Part shown: positions 50,971 to 60,521 of the stretch, piece by piece
How the letters are laid out: every line of letters starts with the position of its first letter
Numbering within the stretch: the first letter of the stretch is position 1
Assembly (NCBI GenBank): GCA_030525875.1
Contig: JAUNDV010000007.1
Location: 1,766 to 65,765, forward strand
Reading direction: 5' to 3'
DNA from: Eubacteriales bacterium
Lineage (GTDB): Bacteria > Bacillota > Clostridia > Lachnospirales > Lachnospiraceae
Length of the DNA stretch: 64,000 nt
Program-made: the position numbers and the translations under genes
Notes under the pieces: generated by a model
Databases searched by the model: none
Told to the model about the DNA's origin: nothing
Seen by the model: only the letters and a program-made list of their open reading frames with translations

Positions 50971-53142
50971 TCAAACTCCTCCGGGACCCATATTGGAAAG
51001 ATCATTTCCAGGGCCACTATTTCCCGGATTACCAGCATTTCCAGGCATACCGCTGTTGCCTGCGCCTCCAGGTGCTGTATTTCCTGAGTTATCCGGCTTA
51101 GGTAAAACTACAGGTTCATCAGGTATCTCTGTAATATTTGAATTTCCTGATGACTCTTCTGGTGTCTGTGGCTTAGCAGGCTTCTGTGATTCGCCTGGTC
51201 TCTGTCCCTGGGTTTCTGATGGCTTTGTCTGCGCATTTCCACCAGACTCCGTGCTGCCACTTGTAGGTCCTATAGTAATATGTCCCTGTGACTCTGATTC
51301 ATTTGTAGGTTTTGTATGCGGACCATTTTCAGTTTCTCCCGGAATTATAACATTTCCTTCGTTATCCACAATATCAGAACCTGCATCTCCTCCAGTCTCG
51401 ATAAGCTCATCTGTAGGTCTTTCTCCCGGCTTATGATTTGTTGAAGGCTTGATAAGGTTTCCTTCCTCATCTGTAGGATAAATTATCTTTCCTTCTTCGT
51501 CTGTAGGGAATACTACATCCCCGTCTTCATTTGTAGGATAGATAAGTTTTCCATTTTCATCTGTACCATAGGTATACTCTTCGGTCTCAAGCTCTGTCGG
51601 CTTCTCGGTTTCTGTTTCCTGTGTTTCAGGAGCCTCTGTCTTTGGCTTCTGGATAACACCCTGATCTGTTCTTACAGATTCGATAGGCTTTCCTTCCTTG
51701 TAAAGATTTGAATCCTCTTTTATCTTCTGTGAATATTTTATAACTGCACTTGATGGCTGATAGTTTTCCTCACCAAATAAGAATTCATGAAGCATAACAA
51801 CGTTTGACTCAAGTGTTGCAGGAATTACGCAGGCACCCTTGCCAGGAATTCTTGCATCTCCTCTTGCCCATGGGAATCCACCTGTATCAACAAGGTTGTA
51901 TTTTGTAATTCCCTGTGCCATCTTGACAGCATCTCCCATCGAAATGTTTGTAGCTACCTGTGGGAAACATACTACCATTATGTTGTTAAGTACAGAGAAA
52001 TCTGCCTTCTTTGCCTTTTCGAAGCAGGCCTTTATAACATTCTTCTGTCTCTCTGTTCTGGCAAAGTCATTGTCCATGTTTCTAAGTCTTGCATAAGCAA
52101 CTGCCTGAACTCCATCCAAATGCTGTTTTCCTGTCTTTTTAAGCTGGTGTGAGCCTACTCCTGTAGCATTTACTGTTTCTGTAATATAGGCATTAATATA
52201 ATAGAGCTCGGCCTTGGAGATCTCTATATCGTCTATTCCGCCGAGGATATTTATTCCGTCAGCTACCGCCTTCCAGTTAAAGGTTATGTAATGCTTTATA
52301 TTAAGATCCAGATTCTTGTTAAGTGCTGCAAGCGCCTGTTCAGGACCGCCTTGTGCATAGGCCTGATTTATCTTGTTATATTTGTCGCTGTCAGATATGT
52401 TCAGATATGTATCTCTAAATACAGAGCAGAGCTTTATATCTCCTGTAGCCATATTTATTGATGCAATCATAATAACATCTGAATTAAGACCCTTTCCAAG
52501 ATTTGTATTTCCTCTTGCATCGACTCCGAAGATCGCTATATTCCAATATCCTTCCATTTCCTTTTTCTTTTCAACGGAAATGTTGTTATTTTCGATGGCA
52601 TTATCATTTATTTCAGGTCTTGTAATAAGATTCCATTTTCTGAGGAAATATCCATATCCGAAAATGCAGCAAAGAGTAAGAGCTTCTACAAGAATTGCAA
52701 TAATAACATTCTTAATGCCTTTTTTCTTTTTCTGCTCTTTTTCTTTCTTTTTCTGATTTCTGTCTACAGTCTGATTTGCTGAATTTAGCTCTTTGAAATT
52801 CTTCTTTTGACCCTTTTGCTTCATAGCCTGACTATAGAGCATATCCTCCATGTCATCGTATGCCTTGTCATCATCCATGAAATCATCATCCATGAAGTCA
52901 GCCTTATCATCAGCATCATCATCGAGCCAGCCTGTATCTATATCTTCTTCACGGGACCAGTCATCCTCAGAATCATATGTGTCATATGTCTCATCATCAT
53001 CTGAATCGTCATATTCGATGTCTATGTCATCAAATAAATCATCCTCTTCAGGAAGGTTATCGTATCTTTGCCTGTCACTATGTCTTGATCTGATATTTTC
53101 TGATCGCCTTTTTCCGGTACTATGATTTTTATCCATATTCAT
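50971..53142 (-). CDS. LytR-CpsA-Psr (LCP) family protein with a long acidic cytoplasmic N-terminus and a repeat/low-complexity C-terminus
   Basis: 723 aa. One TM helix (IIAILVEALTLCCIFGYGYFL). LCP core NIAIFGVDARG...SDVIMIASIN...SVFRDTY. Has Asp-rich residues about 30-105. Three GxxxYPT(N/D)E(D/E)G repeats are followed by a P/G/N/S-rich tail. Confidence 0.85.
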   Translation of the reverse strand: MNMDKNHSTGKRRSENIRSRHSDRQRYDNLPEEDDLFDDIDIEYDDSDDDETYDTYDSEDDWSREEDIDTGWLDDDADDKADFMDDDFMDDDKAYDDMEDMLYSQAMKQKGQKKNFKELNSANQTVDRNQKKKEKEQKKKKGIKNVIIAILVEALTLCCIFGYGYFLRKWNLITRPEINDNAIENNNISVEKKKEMEGYWNIAIFGVDARGNTNLGKGLNSDVIMIASINMATGDIKLCSVFRDTYLNISDSDKYNKINQAYAQGGPEQALAALNKNLDLNIKHYITFNWKAVADGINILGGIDDIEISKAELYYINAYITETVNATGVGSHQLKKTGKQHLDGVQAVAYARLRNMDNDFARTERQKNVIKACFEKAKKADFSVLNNIMVVCFPQVATNISMGDAVKMAQGITKYNLVDTGGFPWARGDARIPGKGACVIPATLESNVVMLHEFLFGEENYQPSSAVIKYSQKIKEDSNLYKEGKPIESVRTDQGVIQKPKTEAPETQETETEKPTELETEEYTYGTDENGKLIYPTNEDGDVVFPTDEEGKIIYPTDEEGNLIKPSTNHKPGERPTDELIETGGDAGSDIVDNEGNVIIPGETENGPHTKPTNESESQGHITIGPTSGSTESGGNAQTKPSETQGQRPGESQKPAKPQTPEESSGNSNITEIPDEPVVLPKPDNSGNTAPGGAGNSGMPGNAGNPGNSGPGNDLSNMGPGGV

Positions 53143-53156
53143 AAAGTAATTCCTTT

Positions 53157-54575
53157 TTAATATGCATTTTTAAAGCCTTTAAAGAAAGTCATAAATAATA
53201 TCTTTATGTCCAATCCCAAAGTCCAGTTTTCAATATAATACAGATCATGCTCTATTCTCTTTGATATAGACGTATCTCCTCTATACCCATTAACCTGAGC
53301 CCATCCTGTAAGACCCGGCCTTACCTGATGCTTGATCATATATCTAGGTATCTCTTCTTTAAATTTTTCCACAAACTGAGGTCTTTCAGGTCTAGGACCT
53401 ACAAGACTCATGTCACCCTTTAAAACATTTATAAACTGAGGTGTTTCGTCCAGGTTTGTTCTCCTTATGAATCTTCCTATAGGAGTTATTCTAGGATCGC
53501 CCTTTGTAGTCCATTTATTTTTCTCATCCTCAGGTCTCTGAAGATACATTGAACGAAATTTATACATTTTAAATGTTTTATTGTGAAGTCCCACTCTCTC
53601 CTGAGTATATATAACCGGTCCATCACTGCCAAACTTGATAAGTATGGCAACAACTATCATTACAGGACCAAACAGGATAAGTGCAACCAGCGCTCCAAAT
53701 ATGTCTATAGCTCTCTTAATAATGGCATTTATCGGCTGTGTAAGCGGTACATGTCTTATATTTATAACAGGAAGTCCCTCCAGATCCTCCATATATGGAG
53801 TCGTAGGTATTATATTTTGATAATCCGGAATGAACTTGGTATGCACTCCTGATTTTTCGCATATATTTACGACCGGTTTAAGATATTCATATTTGTCCAA
53901 TGGGAGCGTAACAGCTATTTCATCCAGACTGTTTGCAGCAAGTATATCCCTTAGCTCAGTAAGCTCTCCAAGAACCTTTATTCCTTCGAACATGCTTCCC
54001 TTTTCCATATCATCATCCAGAATTCCATAGATATGGTATCCCCATTCAGGATTCTGACGGCTTCTGTCAATAAATCCCTTTGCTGCCTCTGAGCAGCCTA
54101 CAAGAAGTACATGCTTCTGATTAAAGCCCTTGGATCTTATATTTCTAAGTACTACTCTTATTACATTTCTTACAAGCGTTTCCAGCAGAATGTTAATGCC
54201 AAAGAAGGCAATAATCATTCGTGTTGAAAAGTTTCTCATATACGGACCAAACTGAGGGAAGTTCCTGAGTCCGTAAAGCACAAAGGTAAATATCATCATT
54301 CCTATGATATTCGCCTTGCATATTCTGGCAAATTCAAATCTCCTTGACTGCGCTCTCTTTGGTGCATAAAGTCCAAAGACAGTATAAAGTATAAGATAGA
54401 ATGGTATGATTATGTAAAGCGCCTTAAAATACACCTCGGATTCCAAGGCTCCCGGCCTATTTCCATAACGCATGCCTATGACAAAATACCAGCCTAGAAA
54501 ATATGACAAACCTGTAACAAGAGCATCTATAGCTACATGCAGATAGTTCAGTTTATTCTGATTATTCTTAATCAT
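53157..54575 (-). CDS. Undecaprenyl-phosphate hexose-1-phosphate transferase (WcaJ/CpsE-type bacterial sugar transferase)
   Basis: 472 aa. N-terminal TM bundle, a central Rossmann-like domain and the C-terminal catalytic block KFRSM...DPRITPIGRFIRRTNLDETPQFINVLKGDMSLVGPRP. Confidence 0.9.
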   Translation of the reverse strand: MIKNNQNKLNYLHVAIDALVTGLSYFLGWYFVIGMRYGNRPGALESEVYFKALYIIIPFYLILYTVFGLYAPKRAQSRRFEFARICKANIIGMMIFTFVLYGLRNFPQFGPYMRNFSTRMIIAFFGINILLETLVRNVIRVVLRNIRSKGFNQKHVLLVGCSEAAKGFIDRSRQNPEWGYHIYGILDDDMEKGSMFEGIKVLGELTELRDILAANSLDEIAVTLPLDKYEYLKPVVNICEKSGVHTKFIPDYQNIIPTTPYMEDLEGLPVINIRHVPLTQPINAIIKRAIDIFGALVALILFGPVMIVVAILIKFGSDGPVIYTQERVGLHNKTFKMYKFRSMYLQRPEDEKNKWTTKGDPRITPIGRFIRRTNLDETPQFINVLKGDMSLVGPRPERPQFVEKFKEEIPRYMIKHQVRPGLTGWAQVNGYRGDTSISKRIEHDLYYIENWTLGLDIKILFMTFFKGFKNAY

Positions 54576-54707
54576 TTATCACTTTTTTTAATCCTTACAA
54601 GGTATGTTTTTCCATTATCTTTATAATAATACAGCAGCCAATTACTTATAGCTATTGATAAATTATTAAATATTTCAAAATATTTATTGCTTTTTTGAAT
54701 ACTTTTT

Positions 54708-57227
54708 CTAATCAGTAATGGCATTTTCTCTTTTTTCTTTTTCTAAAAGAACTGCTTCAAGCTGCTTTTCTATATCCATATCCAGCTTGAACGGCTCACC
54801 GATCTTTTCATCAGGAACATTTCTCAATCCAAAATCAGCTCTTCCGAGGGATAGATTTGGATTGTAATAAGGGTCTCCATTTTCAAGAATCTCTCCCCAC
54901 CTGCTGGCAAATTCCACTATCTCGCTGTTAAATCTCTTGATTTTCTCAGGTGTGTCCTCAAGTCCTCTGGATTTGGATTCATAGTGATGGAAGGTAACAT
55001 AAGGATCATATACACATCTAAGGCCAAGCTTTCTTACCTTCATGCAATAATCTATGTCATTAAATGCAACCTTGAGTTCCTCAGTAAGACCGCCTACTGT
55101 ATCAAAGGCCTCTCTCTTTGTCATGAGACAGGCAGCTGTTACTGAACTGTAGTCCTGAGTGCACATCATCCTATGCATATATGTATCTGTTCCGTCCTGT
55201 GCCCCTACAAATACAGCTCCTGCGATTCCGCCTATACCAACTACAACGCCGGCATGCTGAATTGTATCATCCTCATACAGAAGTCTGGCTCCTACGATAC
55301 CTATGTCCTTTCTCCTTAAGAGGCCATACATCTCAAGAAGCGAATCAGGATCTATAAGCTCTACGTCATTGTTTAAGAGAAGAAGATATTTTCCTTCTGC
55401 TGCCTTAGCACCGAAGTTATTTATAGCTGAATAGTTAAACTCACCCTTCCAGTAAACAACTTTTATAGCTATATCTTCAATTCCTTTATGCTCTTCTACA
55501 GCTGTTCCATTTTCGTCTAATAAGTAAAATACTGGATTATTTTCAATCTTATTGTAATATTCGAAAGTCTTATCTTCTGTCGAGTTATTCTCTATTACTA
55601 TAAATTCAAGATTGCGGTAATTTGAATTCAGCACTATAGATCTTATACATTTATCCAGATCTTCAATATGATCCTTATTTGGTATTAAAATGGAAAGCTT
55701 TGGAAGTTTTCCATTCTCCTCATAAAGCTTATTAATTATATTTCCAGCTTTATCAGTATATTTTGTATGATAGAATCCATAGGTAACTCCATCATCAACA
55801 TAGCCAAAATCTATATCAGATCTTTTGTAGTGATCAGAGATAGCCTTTTTGCCCGCTTCAAATGCATAAAGCTTTGCTGAAGGATCTGCTGCCGTAGAAA
55901 GATTGTGACATCTCCAGTGATAGCACACCTTAGGTATATGCACTATAAACTCAGAAGTAAATCTGCCCTCTGTAAGCTCCTTGACAGCTTTTGCAGAAAG
56001 TCCAGTTGCAGCCTCAATTTCAGAAATACATTTTTCTAAATTATCTATATTTTTGAAGCCTTTTTCCATCACATAAGCCCTGTACTTATCGAGCTTAGGC
56101 TCTGTTTTCTTAACAAGCTCCTCCGCACATCTTAAGAACAAATCATAGTCCTGTGCGCCATCATATTCATTTCTGAATCCACCTATTTTCTCAAGAAGCT
56201 CTCTCTTTATAACTGAAAGGTGACAAAAATAATTCACAGTATTTAGCAGTTCTATATTAAAGTCCGACTTGAAATGTGGCTCAAAGAAGGTCTTTCCTTC
56301 AAAATCCACCTTATCCTCGTCAGTATAGATAAATTCAGCACAAGGATTTATTGATATTGCCTTTGCTACCTCATACAAAGCATAAGGTGTAAGCTCATCA
56401 TCATGATCGCAAAGAACTATATAATCTCCACTTGCAAGCTTAAGTCCGGCATTTGTATTGTCAGCTATGCCAAGATTTTTCTCAAGCCTTGAATATATAA
56501 ACCTGTCATCAGCCTTACTATATTCTGCTGTTATACGCTCCACCTCAGTGTGATTTTTTTCTGAACCATCAGCTATTATAACTTCAAAAATAGGATAGGT
56601 CTGAGCCTTTATGGAATCATAAAGCATACGAAGATACTTTTCAGGTGTATTATATGTAGGAATAACTATACTGAATTTTGGATAAGACTGATCAAATTCC
56701 AACTCTCTCCAGTTATTTCTCTGCATTTCAAGCTCTTCTGCTGTTATAAGAGTCTTTTCATACCAATCTGAATAATCTGTTTCTGTACTTAGACGGTTAA
56801 GACGAAGTCTTACCTTGTCAATTACCGCCTTTATTCCATTTTCCTTATAGTATTCATATGCCAGATTAAAAGTCTCTGCATTACAAAGAGCTATAAGCTT
56901 ATCTATCTTTTTCTTCTTTACAGAATTTTTTCTCTCTATGACTTTATTATTTATCTTGATTTTCTTAATGTTGCTGCCATCCTTGAGCAGAAGTACGATT
57001 CTGGAAGTCTCATTAAAATCAAGCTCTGCAGTAAAGCCGCACATCCTGTCCGCCTTATACGCACTGGCAACTATAGGTCTTTCCTTTATCTCAATATCTG
57101 CTTCTATATTTCTGCCCTTTTGGTCTGTAATCTGATACTCTACAGCTTTGCTCTCTGATGGAATAGCCCAGCCATCTATGGTAAGCCTGTTATCCTTTAA
57201 ATTCATAGAGTCTATTTTATACTTCAT
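54708..57227 (-). CDS. Large multidomain glycosyltransferase with two GT2 domains
   Basis: 839 aa. Domain 1 has FSIVIPTYNTPEKYL...DHDDEL and domain 2 has LSILIPNKDHIEDL...LLLNNDVE. An N-terminal domain of about 170 aa has no recognisable family. Confidence 0.85.
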   Translation of the reverse strand: MKYKIDSMNLKDNRLTIDGWAIPSESKAVEYQITDQKGRNIEADIEIKERPIVASAYKADRMCGFTAELDFNETSRIVLLLKDGSNIKKIKINNKVIERKNSVKKKKIDKLIALCNAETFNLAYEYYKENGIKAVIDKVRLRLNRLSTETDYSDWYEKTLITAEELEMQRNNWRELEFDQSYPKFSIVIPTYNTPEKYLRMLYDSIKAQTYPIFEVIIADGSEKNHTEVERITAEYSKADDRFIYSRLEKNLGIADNTNAGLKLASGDYIVLCDHDDELTPYALYEVAKAISINPCAEFIYTDEDKVDFEGKTFFEPHFKSDFNIELLNTVNYFCHLSVIKRELLEKIGGFRNEYDGAQDYDLFLRCAEELVKKTEPKLDKYRAYVMEKGFKNIDNLEKCISEIEAATGLSAKAVKELTEGRFTSEFIVHIPKVCYHWRCHNLSTAADPSAKLYAFEAGKKAISDHYKRSDIDFGYVDDGVTYGFYHTKYTDKAGNIINKLYEENGKLPKLSILIPNKDHIEDLDKCIRSIVLNSNYRNLEFIVIENNSTEDKTFEYYNKIENNPVFYLLDENGTAVEEHKGIEDIAIKVVYWKGEFNYSAINNFGAKAAEGKYLLLLNNDVELIDPDSLLEMYGLLRRKDIGIVGARLLYEDDTIQHAGVVVGIGGIAGAVFVGAQDGTDTYMHRMMCTQDYSSVTAACLMTKREAFDTVGGLTEELKVAFNDIDYCMKVRKLGLRCVYDPYVTFHHYESKSRGLEDTPEKIKRFNSEIVEFASRWGEILENGDPYYNPNLSLGRADFGLRNVPDEKIGEPFKLDMDIEKQLEAVLLEKEKRENAITD

Positions 57228-57411
57228 TATATTTTAACCTCGTTCTAGCTTATATCCGCTGTTACGCATAGTTATCCACTATACAATAATTTTTCATTTT
57301 AGTATAGCATATTTTAGTCTTATATTGTTAGAATCTGCCTAATATGTTAGTATTATTTAATGTTATGGTTAAATTGCTAGCTATATTTTAACTTATCTTA
57401 GATTTGGTGAA

Positions 57412-58524
57412 ATGAAAATGAACAAACTTACAGTTATAATTCCAAATTACAATGGATTAAAATTTATGGACATGTGCATGTCCGCACTGAGAGAACAGAG
57501 CTTTAGTGATTATTCCCTGCTTATAGTAGACAATGGTTCAACAGACGGTTCTGTAGAATATATCAAAGAGCTTTCCATGAAAGGACTGATGTCTGCATCA
57601 GAGCCAGATATCAAAATACCTGTTGATTATATATTACTCAAAAACAATACAGGATTTTCAGGCGCTGTCAATGCAGGAATAAGCGCCTGTGATTCAGAGT
57701 ACATTATTCTCTTAAACAATGATACAAAGCCTTATAAGGACTATATAAAAGAACTGGTTGATTTCATGGACAGTCACAAAAGCGAAAAATGCTTTGCAGC
57801 CTCACCAAAAATGAGTCAGCTCTATCATCCAGAACTTTTAGATGATGCAGGTGACGGATATAACCTGCTTGGATGGGGATTTCAGCGTGGAGTTGGACAA
57901 AATGTTAATACTCAGAAATTCTGTAAAGAAAAGAGGATTTTTTCCGCCTGCGCAGGTGCTTCCATCTATAACAGGGAAATGCTTGAGAAAATCAAATTCA
58001 ATACTTCCCTAAACTTTGAACTTCTTGAAGCATACAAGGATTCAGAACATACTATAAGCTGTTTTGAATATTTTGATGACCAGCATTTTGCGTATCTTGA
58101 AGATATAGACGTATCTTATAGAGCAAACAGAGCCGGATTTTCAATATACTACTGTCCTACATCTGAAATTCTTCATGTAGGCAGCGGAACCTCCGGTTCA
58201 AAATATAATGATTTTAAGGTAAAGCTTGCTGCCAGAAACAATATATTTTTGATTTGGAAAAATATGCCATTTTTACAGCTAATACTTAATCTTCCATTTA
58301 TTGCTGTTGGCACTTTTATCAAATATCTGTTTTTTATAAAAAATGGATTTAAAAAAGCCTATGCAGATGGATTTAAAGAAGGACTTGCCAATATCAGGAA
58401 CTGCAAGAAAAAACCTGCCAAATTATCAGAGCTCCCTAAACTTATATATATAGAATATCTGCTAATAAGAGACAGCTTTGACTATGCAAGCGATTTTTTA
58501 ATGAGAAAATTACACAAAGATTAA
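57412..58524 (+). CDS. Glycosyltransferase family 2 (rhamnosyltransferase-like) with a C-terminal hydrophobic segment
   Basis: 370 aa. LTVIIPNYNGLKFMDMCMSALREQSFSDYSLLIVDNGSTDGS and LEDIDVSYR. Divergently transcribed from the 839-aa GT gene. Confidence 0.85.
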   Translation: MKMNKLTVIIPNYNGLKFMDMCMSALREQSFSDYSLLIVDNGSTDGSVEYIKELSMKGLMSASEPDIKIPVDYILLKNNTGFSGAVNAGISACDSEYIILLNNDTKPYKDYIKELVDFMDSHKSEKCFAASPKMSQLYHPELLDDAGDGYNLLGWGFQRGVGQNVNTQKFCKEKRIFSACAGASIYNREMLEKIKFNTSLNFELLEAYKDSEHTISCFEYFDDQHFAYLEDIDVSYRANRAGFSIYYCPTSEILHVGSGTSGSKYNDFKVKLAARNNIFLIWKNMPFLQLILNLPFIAVGTFIKYLFFIKNGFKKAYADGFKEGLANIRNCKKKPAKLSELPKLIYIEYLLIRDSFDYASDFLMRKLHKD

Positions 58525-58571
58525 TCATAAAATTAGTTATGACAAATTGACCTGTCACAAAATCAATAATA

Positions 58572-58633
58572 AAAGCTTCGATTTATATCCGTCTTGTCTA
58601 AGACAAAATTTAAACCGAAGCTTTATTTTATTT
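58572..58633. terminator. Bidirectional terminator hairpin between convergent genes
   Basis: AAAGCTTCG...CGAAGCTTT outer stem with an inner GTCTTGTCTAAGAC palindrome. T-rich on the plus strand and A-rich upstream. Confidence 0.65.
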
Positions 58634-58645
58634 ATCAGAAATATA

Positions 58646-59425
58646 TTACTTTGCCTGATCCTTCTTAATAAGCTCTCTTATCGCCTCTACAGCTACCTTG
58701 ATAGCTCTGTCTGTATCATAACACTGTGGATCCTCAAGACCTAGTGCTCTTCTTGTCTGGTTTGCAATAACAAGCATAACCGCTCCTGCCCTTACTCCTC
58801 TTGCAGCTGCCACTGTGAAAAGCGCTGCAGATTCCATCTCTGAGCAAAGAGCTCCAAGCTTTAACCATGCATTCCATTTATTGTCAAGCATATAATCTAC
58901 AGGCATTGATGAAGGATCATGCTGTCCATAGAAATTATCCTTACACTGAACAACCCCTGTATGACTTCTAAGTCCAAGTCTGTCAGCCGCATTCTTAAGA
59001 GCTACAGTAACATCAAAATTTGATACTGCCGGCCACTCCATAGGTGCATATTCCTTCGATGTTCCCTCAAATCTGATAGCACCAGTTGCAATACATACAT
59101 CTCCGCCCATTACTTCCTTCTGCATACCGCCAGATGTACCTACACGAATAAAGGTATCTGCTCCACAGTGAATAAGCTCCTCTACTGCTATAGAAGCTGA
59201 AGGTCCTCCTATTCCTGTAGAAGTAACACTTACAGGTACTCCATCAAGTGTTCCTGTATATGTAACATACTCTCTGTTGTGAGCTATAAGCTTTGGATTC
59301 TCAAAATATGCTGCTATCTTCTCGCATCTGCCAGGATCTCCAGGAAGAAGAACATATCTTCCTACCTCTCCCTTTTCTACATGTATATGGAATTCTCCTC
59401 TTCCCTCTGTATATGCTAATGCCAT
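58646..59425 (-). CDS. Uridine/purine nucleoside phosphorylase family (PNP_UDP_1) protein
   Basis: 259 aa from [12 protein letters not shown] (AAGGAGGG precedes the ATG at 59423-59425). Has GDPGR, TGIGGPS, RVGTSGG and EMESAALF blocks. The track ORF is extended by 40 codons. Confidence 0.85.
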   Translation of the reverse strand: MALAYTEGRGEFHIHVEKGEVGRYVLLPGDPGRCEKIAAYFENPKLIAHNREYVTYTGTLDGVPVSVTSTGIGGPSASIAVEELIHCGADTFIRVGTSGGMQKEVMGGDVCIATGAIRFEGTSKEYAPMEWPAVSNFDVTVALKNAADRLGLRSHTGVVQCKDNFYGQHDPSSMPVDYMLDNKWNAWLKLGALCSEMESAALFTVAAARGVRAGAVMLVIANQTRRALGLEDPQCYDTDRAIKVAVEAIRELIKKDQAK

Positions 59426-59606
59426 AAAATACCCTCCTTGAAATATTGTACTTTTTCTAAAACAAGTATCTACAGTATACCTCAAAATGTTTATTTTCAC
59501 AAACATTAATATATAACTTGCTCCATTATTTTTAAACCGATACAAATAAGGATATTACTAAACTATCTAATCTAATAATTTAGTAATATCCTTCAATAAA
59601 ATCTTA

Positions 59607-60149
59607 TCAACTATGACTTATAGCACTTCTAAATACAGCAACAACTGAACGCTTCAAAACTGTTATAAGTATATTTCCAAGCACTCCAACCGCAAGTATC
59701 TCGCCTATTCCCACTGTGACAGCCATAAACAATACAGCATCAGGCAAGCCATATGCAAACTTAAGTACCAAAGGAATTATAATACTGTTACTTAAAATTG
59801 GCGGTATGATTGCAAGTATTCTTGCTTTTATTTCAGTTTCTCTTCCATTTTCCCTATATTTTCTTGTAAGGATAAATGTAAATACAACTCCGATAAATGT
59901 TGCCAATGTTCCAAATACAATATCAGGCAATGGCGAACCTATCAAAATATTTGCAATAAGACAGCCAAGAGTAACTCCCGGTATTGCAGCTTCCGTAAAT
60001 AATGGAAGTACACAGAGCATTTCACTGATTCTAAACTGAATCGGTCCCCATGCAAATGGTGCTACAACCAGTGTAAGTACTACATAGATGGCAGCAATAA
60101 TAGCTGCAAAAACAAGATAATAAACACTTGTCTTTCCGTTTTTCTTCAT
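59607..60149 (-). CDS. queT: Queuosine-precursor transporter QueT
   Basis: 180 aa. ECF-S-like membrane protein (PFAWGPIQFRISEMLCVLP). Preceded by a preQ1 riboswitch. Confidence 0.85.
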   Translation of the reverse strand: MKKNGKTSVYYLVFAAIIAAIYVVLTLVVAPFAWGPIQFRISEMLCVLPLFTEAAIPGVTLGCLIANILIGSPLPDIVFGTLATFIGVVFTFILTRKYRENGRETEIKARILAIIPPILSNSIIIPLVLKFAYGLPDAVLFMAVTVGIGEILAVGVLGNILITVLKRSVVAVFRSAISHS

Positions 60150-60159
60150 ATTCTTTTTT

Positions 60160-60202
60160 CTCCTCTAGTTTTGTTTTACGAGTGGAAGGTCACGAACACT
60201 CG
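60160..60202 (-). promoter_or_regulatory. preQ1-I riboswitch overlapping the queT ribosome-binding site
   Basis: Minus strand reads CGAGUG-UUCGUGACCUUC-CACUCG-UAAAACAAAACUAGAGGAG. This is a 5-6 bp P1 stem, a C-containing loop and an A-rich tail running into the SD, closely resembling known class I aptamers (for example AGAGGUUCUAGCUACACCCUCUAUAAAAAACUAA). Confidence 0.75.
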
Positions 60203-60521
60203 ATTCATTTTACGCCGGAAATCGGCGAAAACCCTTTAAGACCTTATTTTTACAGGGTTTTAATAACGGGATTTAGAATAGCATCAAGGATATTATTTGT
60301 CAATATGATGACTTTTAATGTATTATCTTAGCTTATATAAATTGTTAGTAATATCTTTAACAAAAGTTAAGTTGCAATATATATTTTTTCCCTGTAATAT
60401 TTAATTATAAAACATTTATTGTCATTTATATTTATCTAAAAAGGATTGATGCCAATGAGATTATCAAAATAATGTCTTAAACCAAGTAACTCCATTTACA
60501 AATTCTGAAGGGAGAAACCAT

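Noticed and set aside
50993-51436. 147-aa plus-strand ORF rich in Pro, Gly and Ser
   Set aside because: It is the antisense mirror of the low-complexity P/G/N-rich tail of the LCP gene. The composition artefact keeps the frame open.
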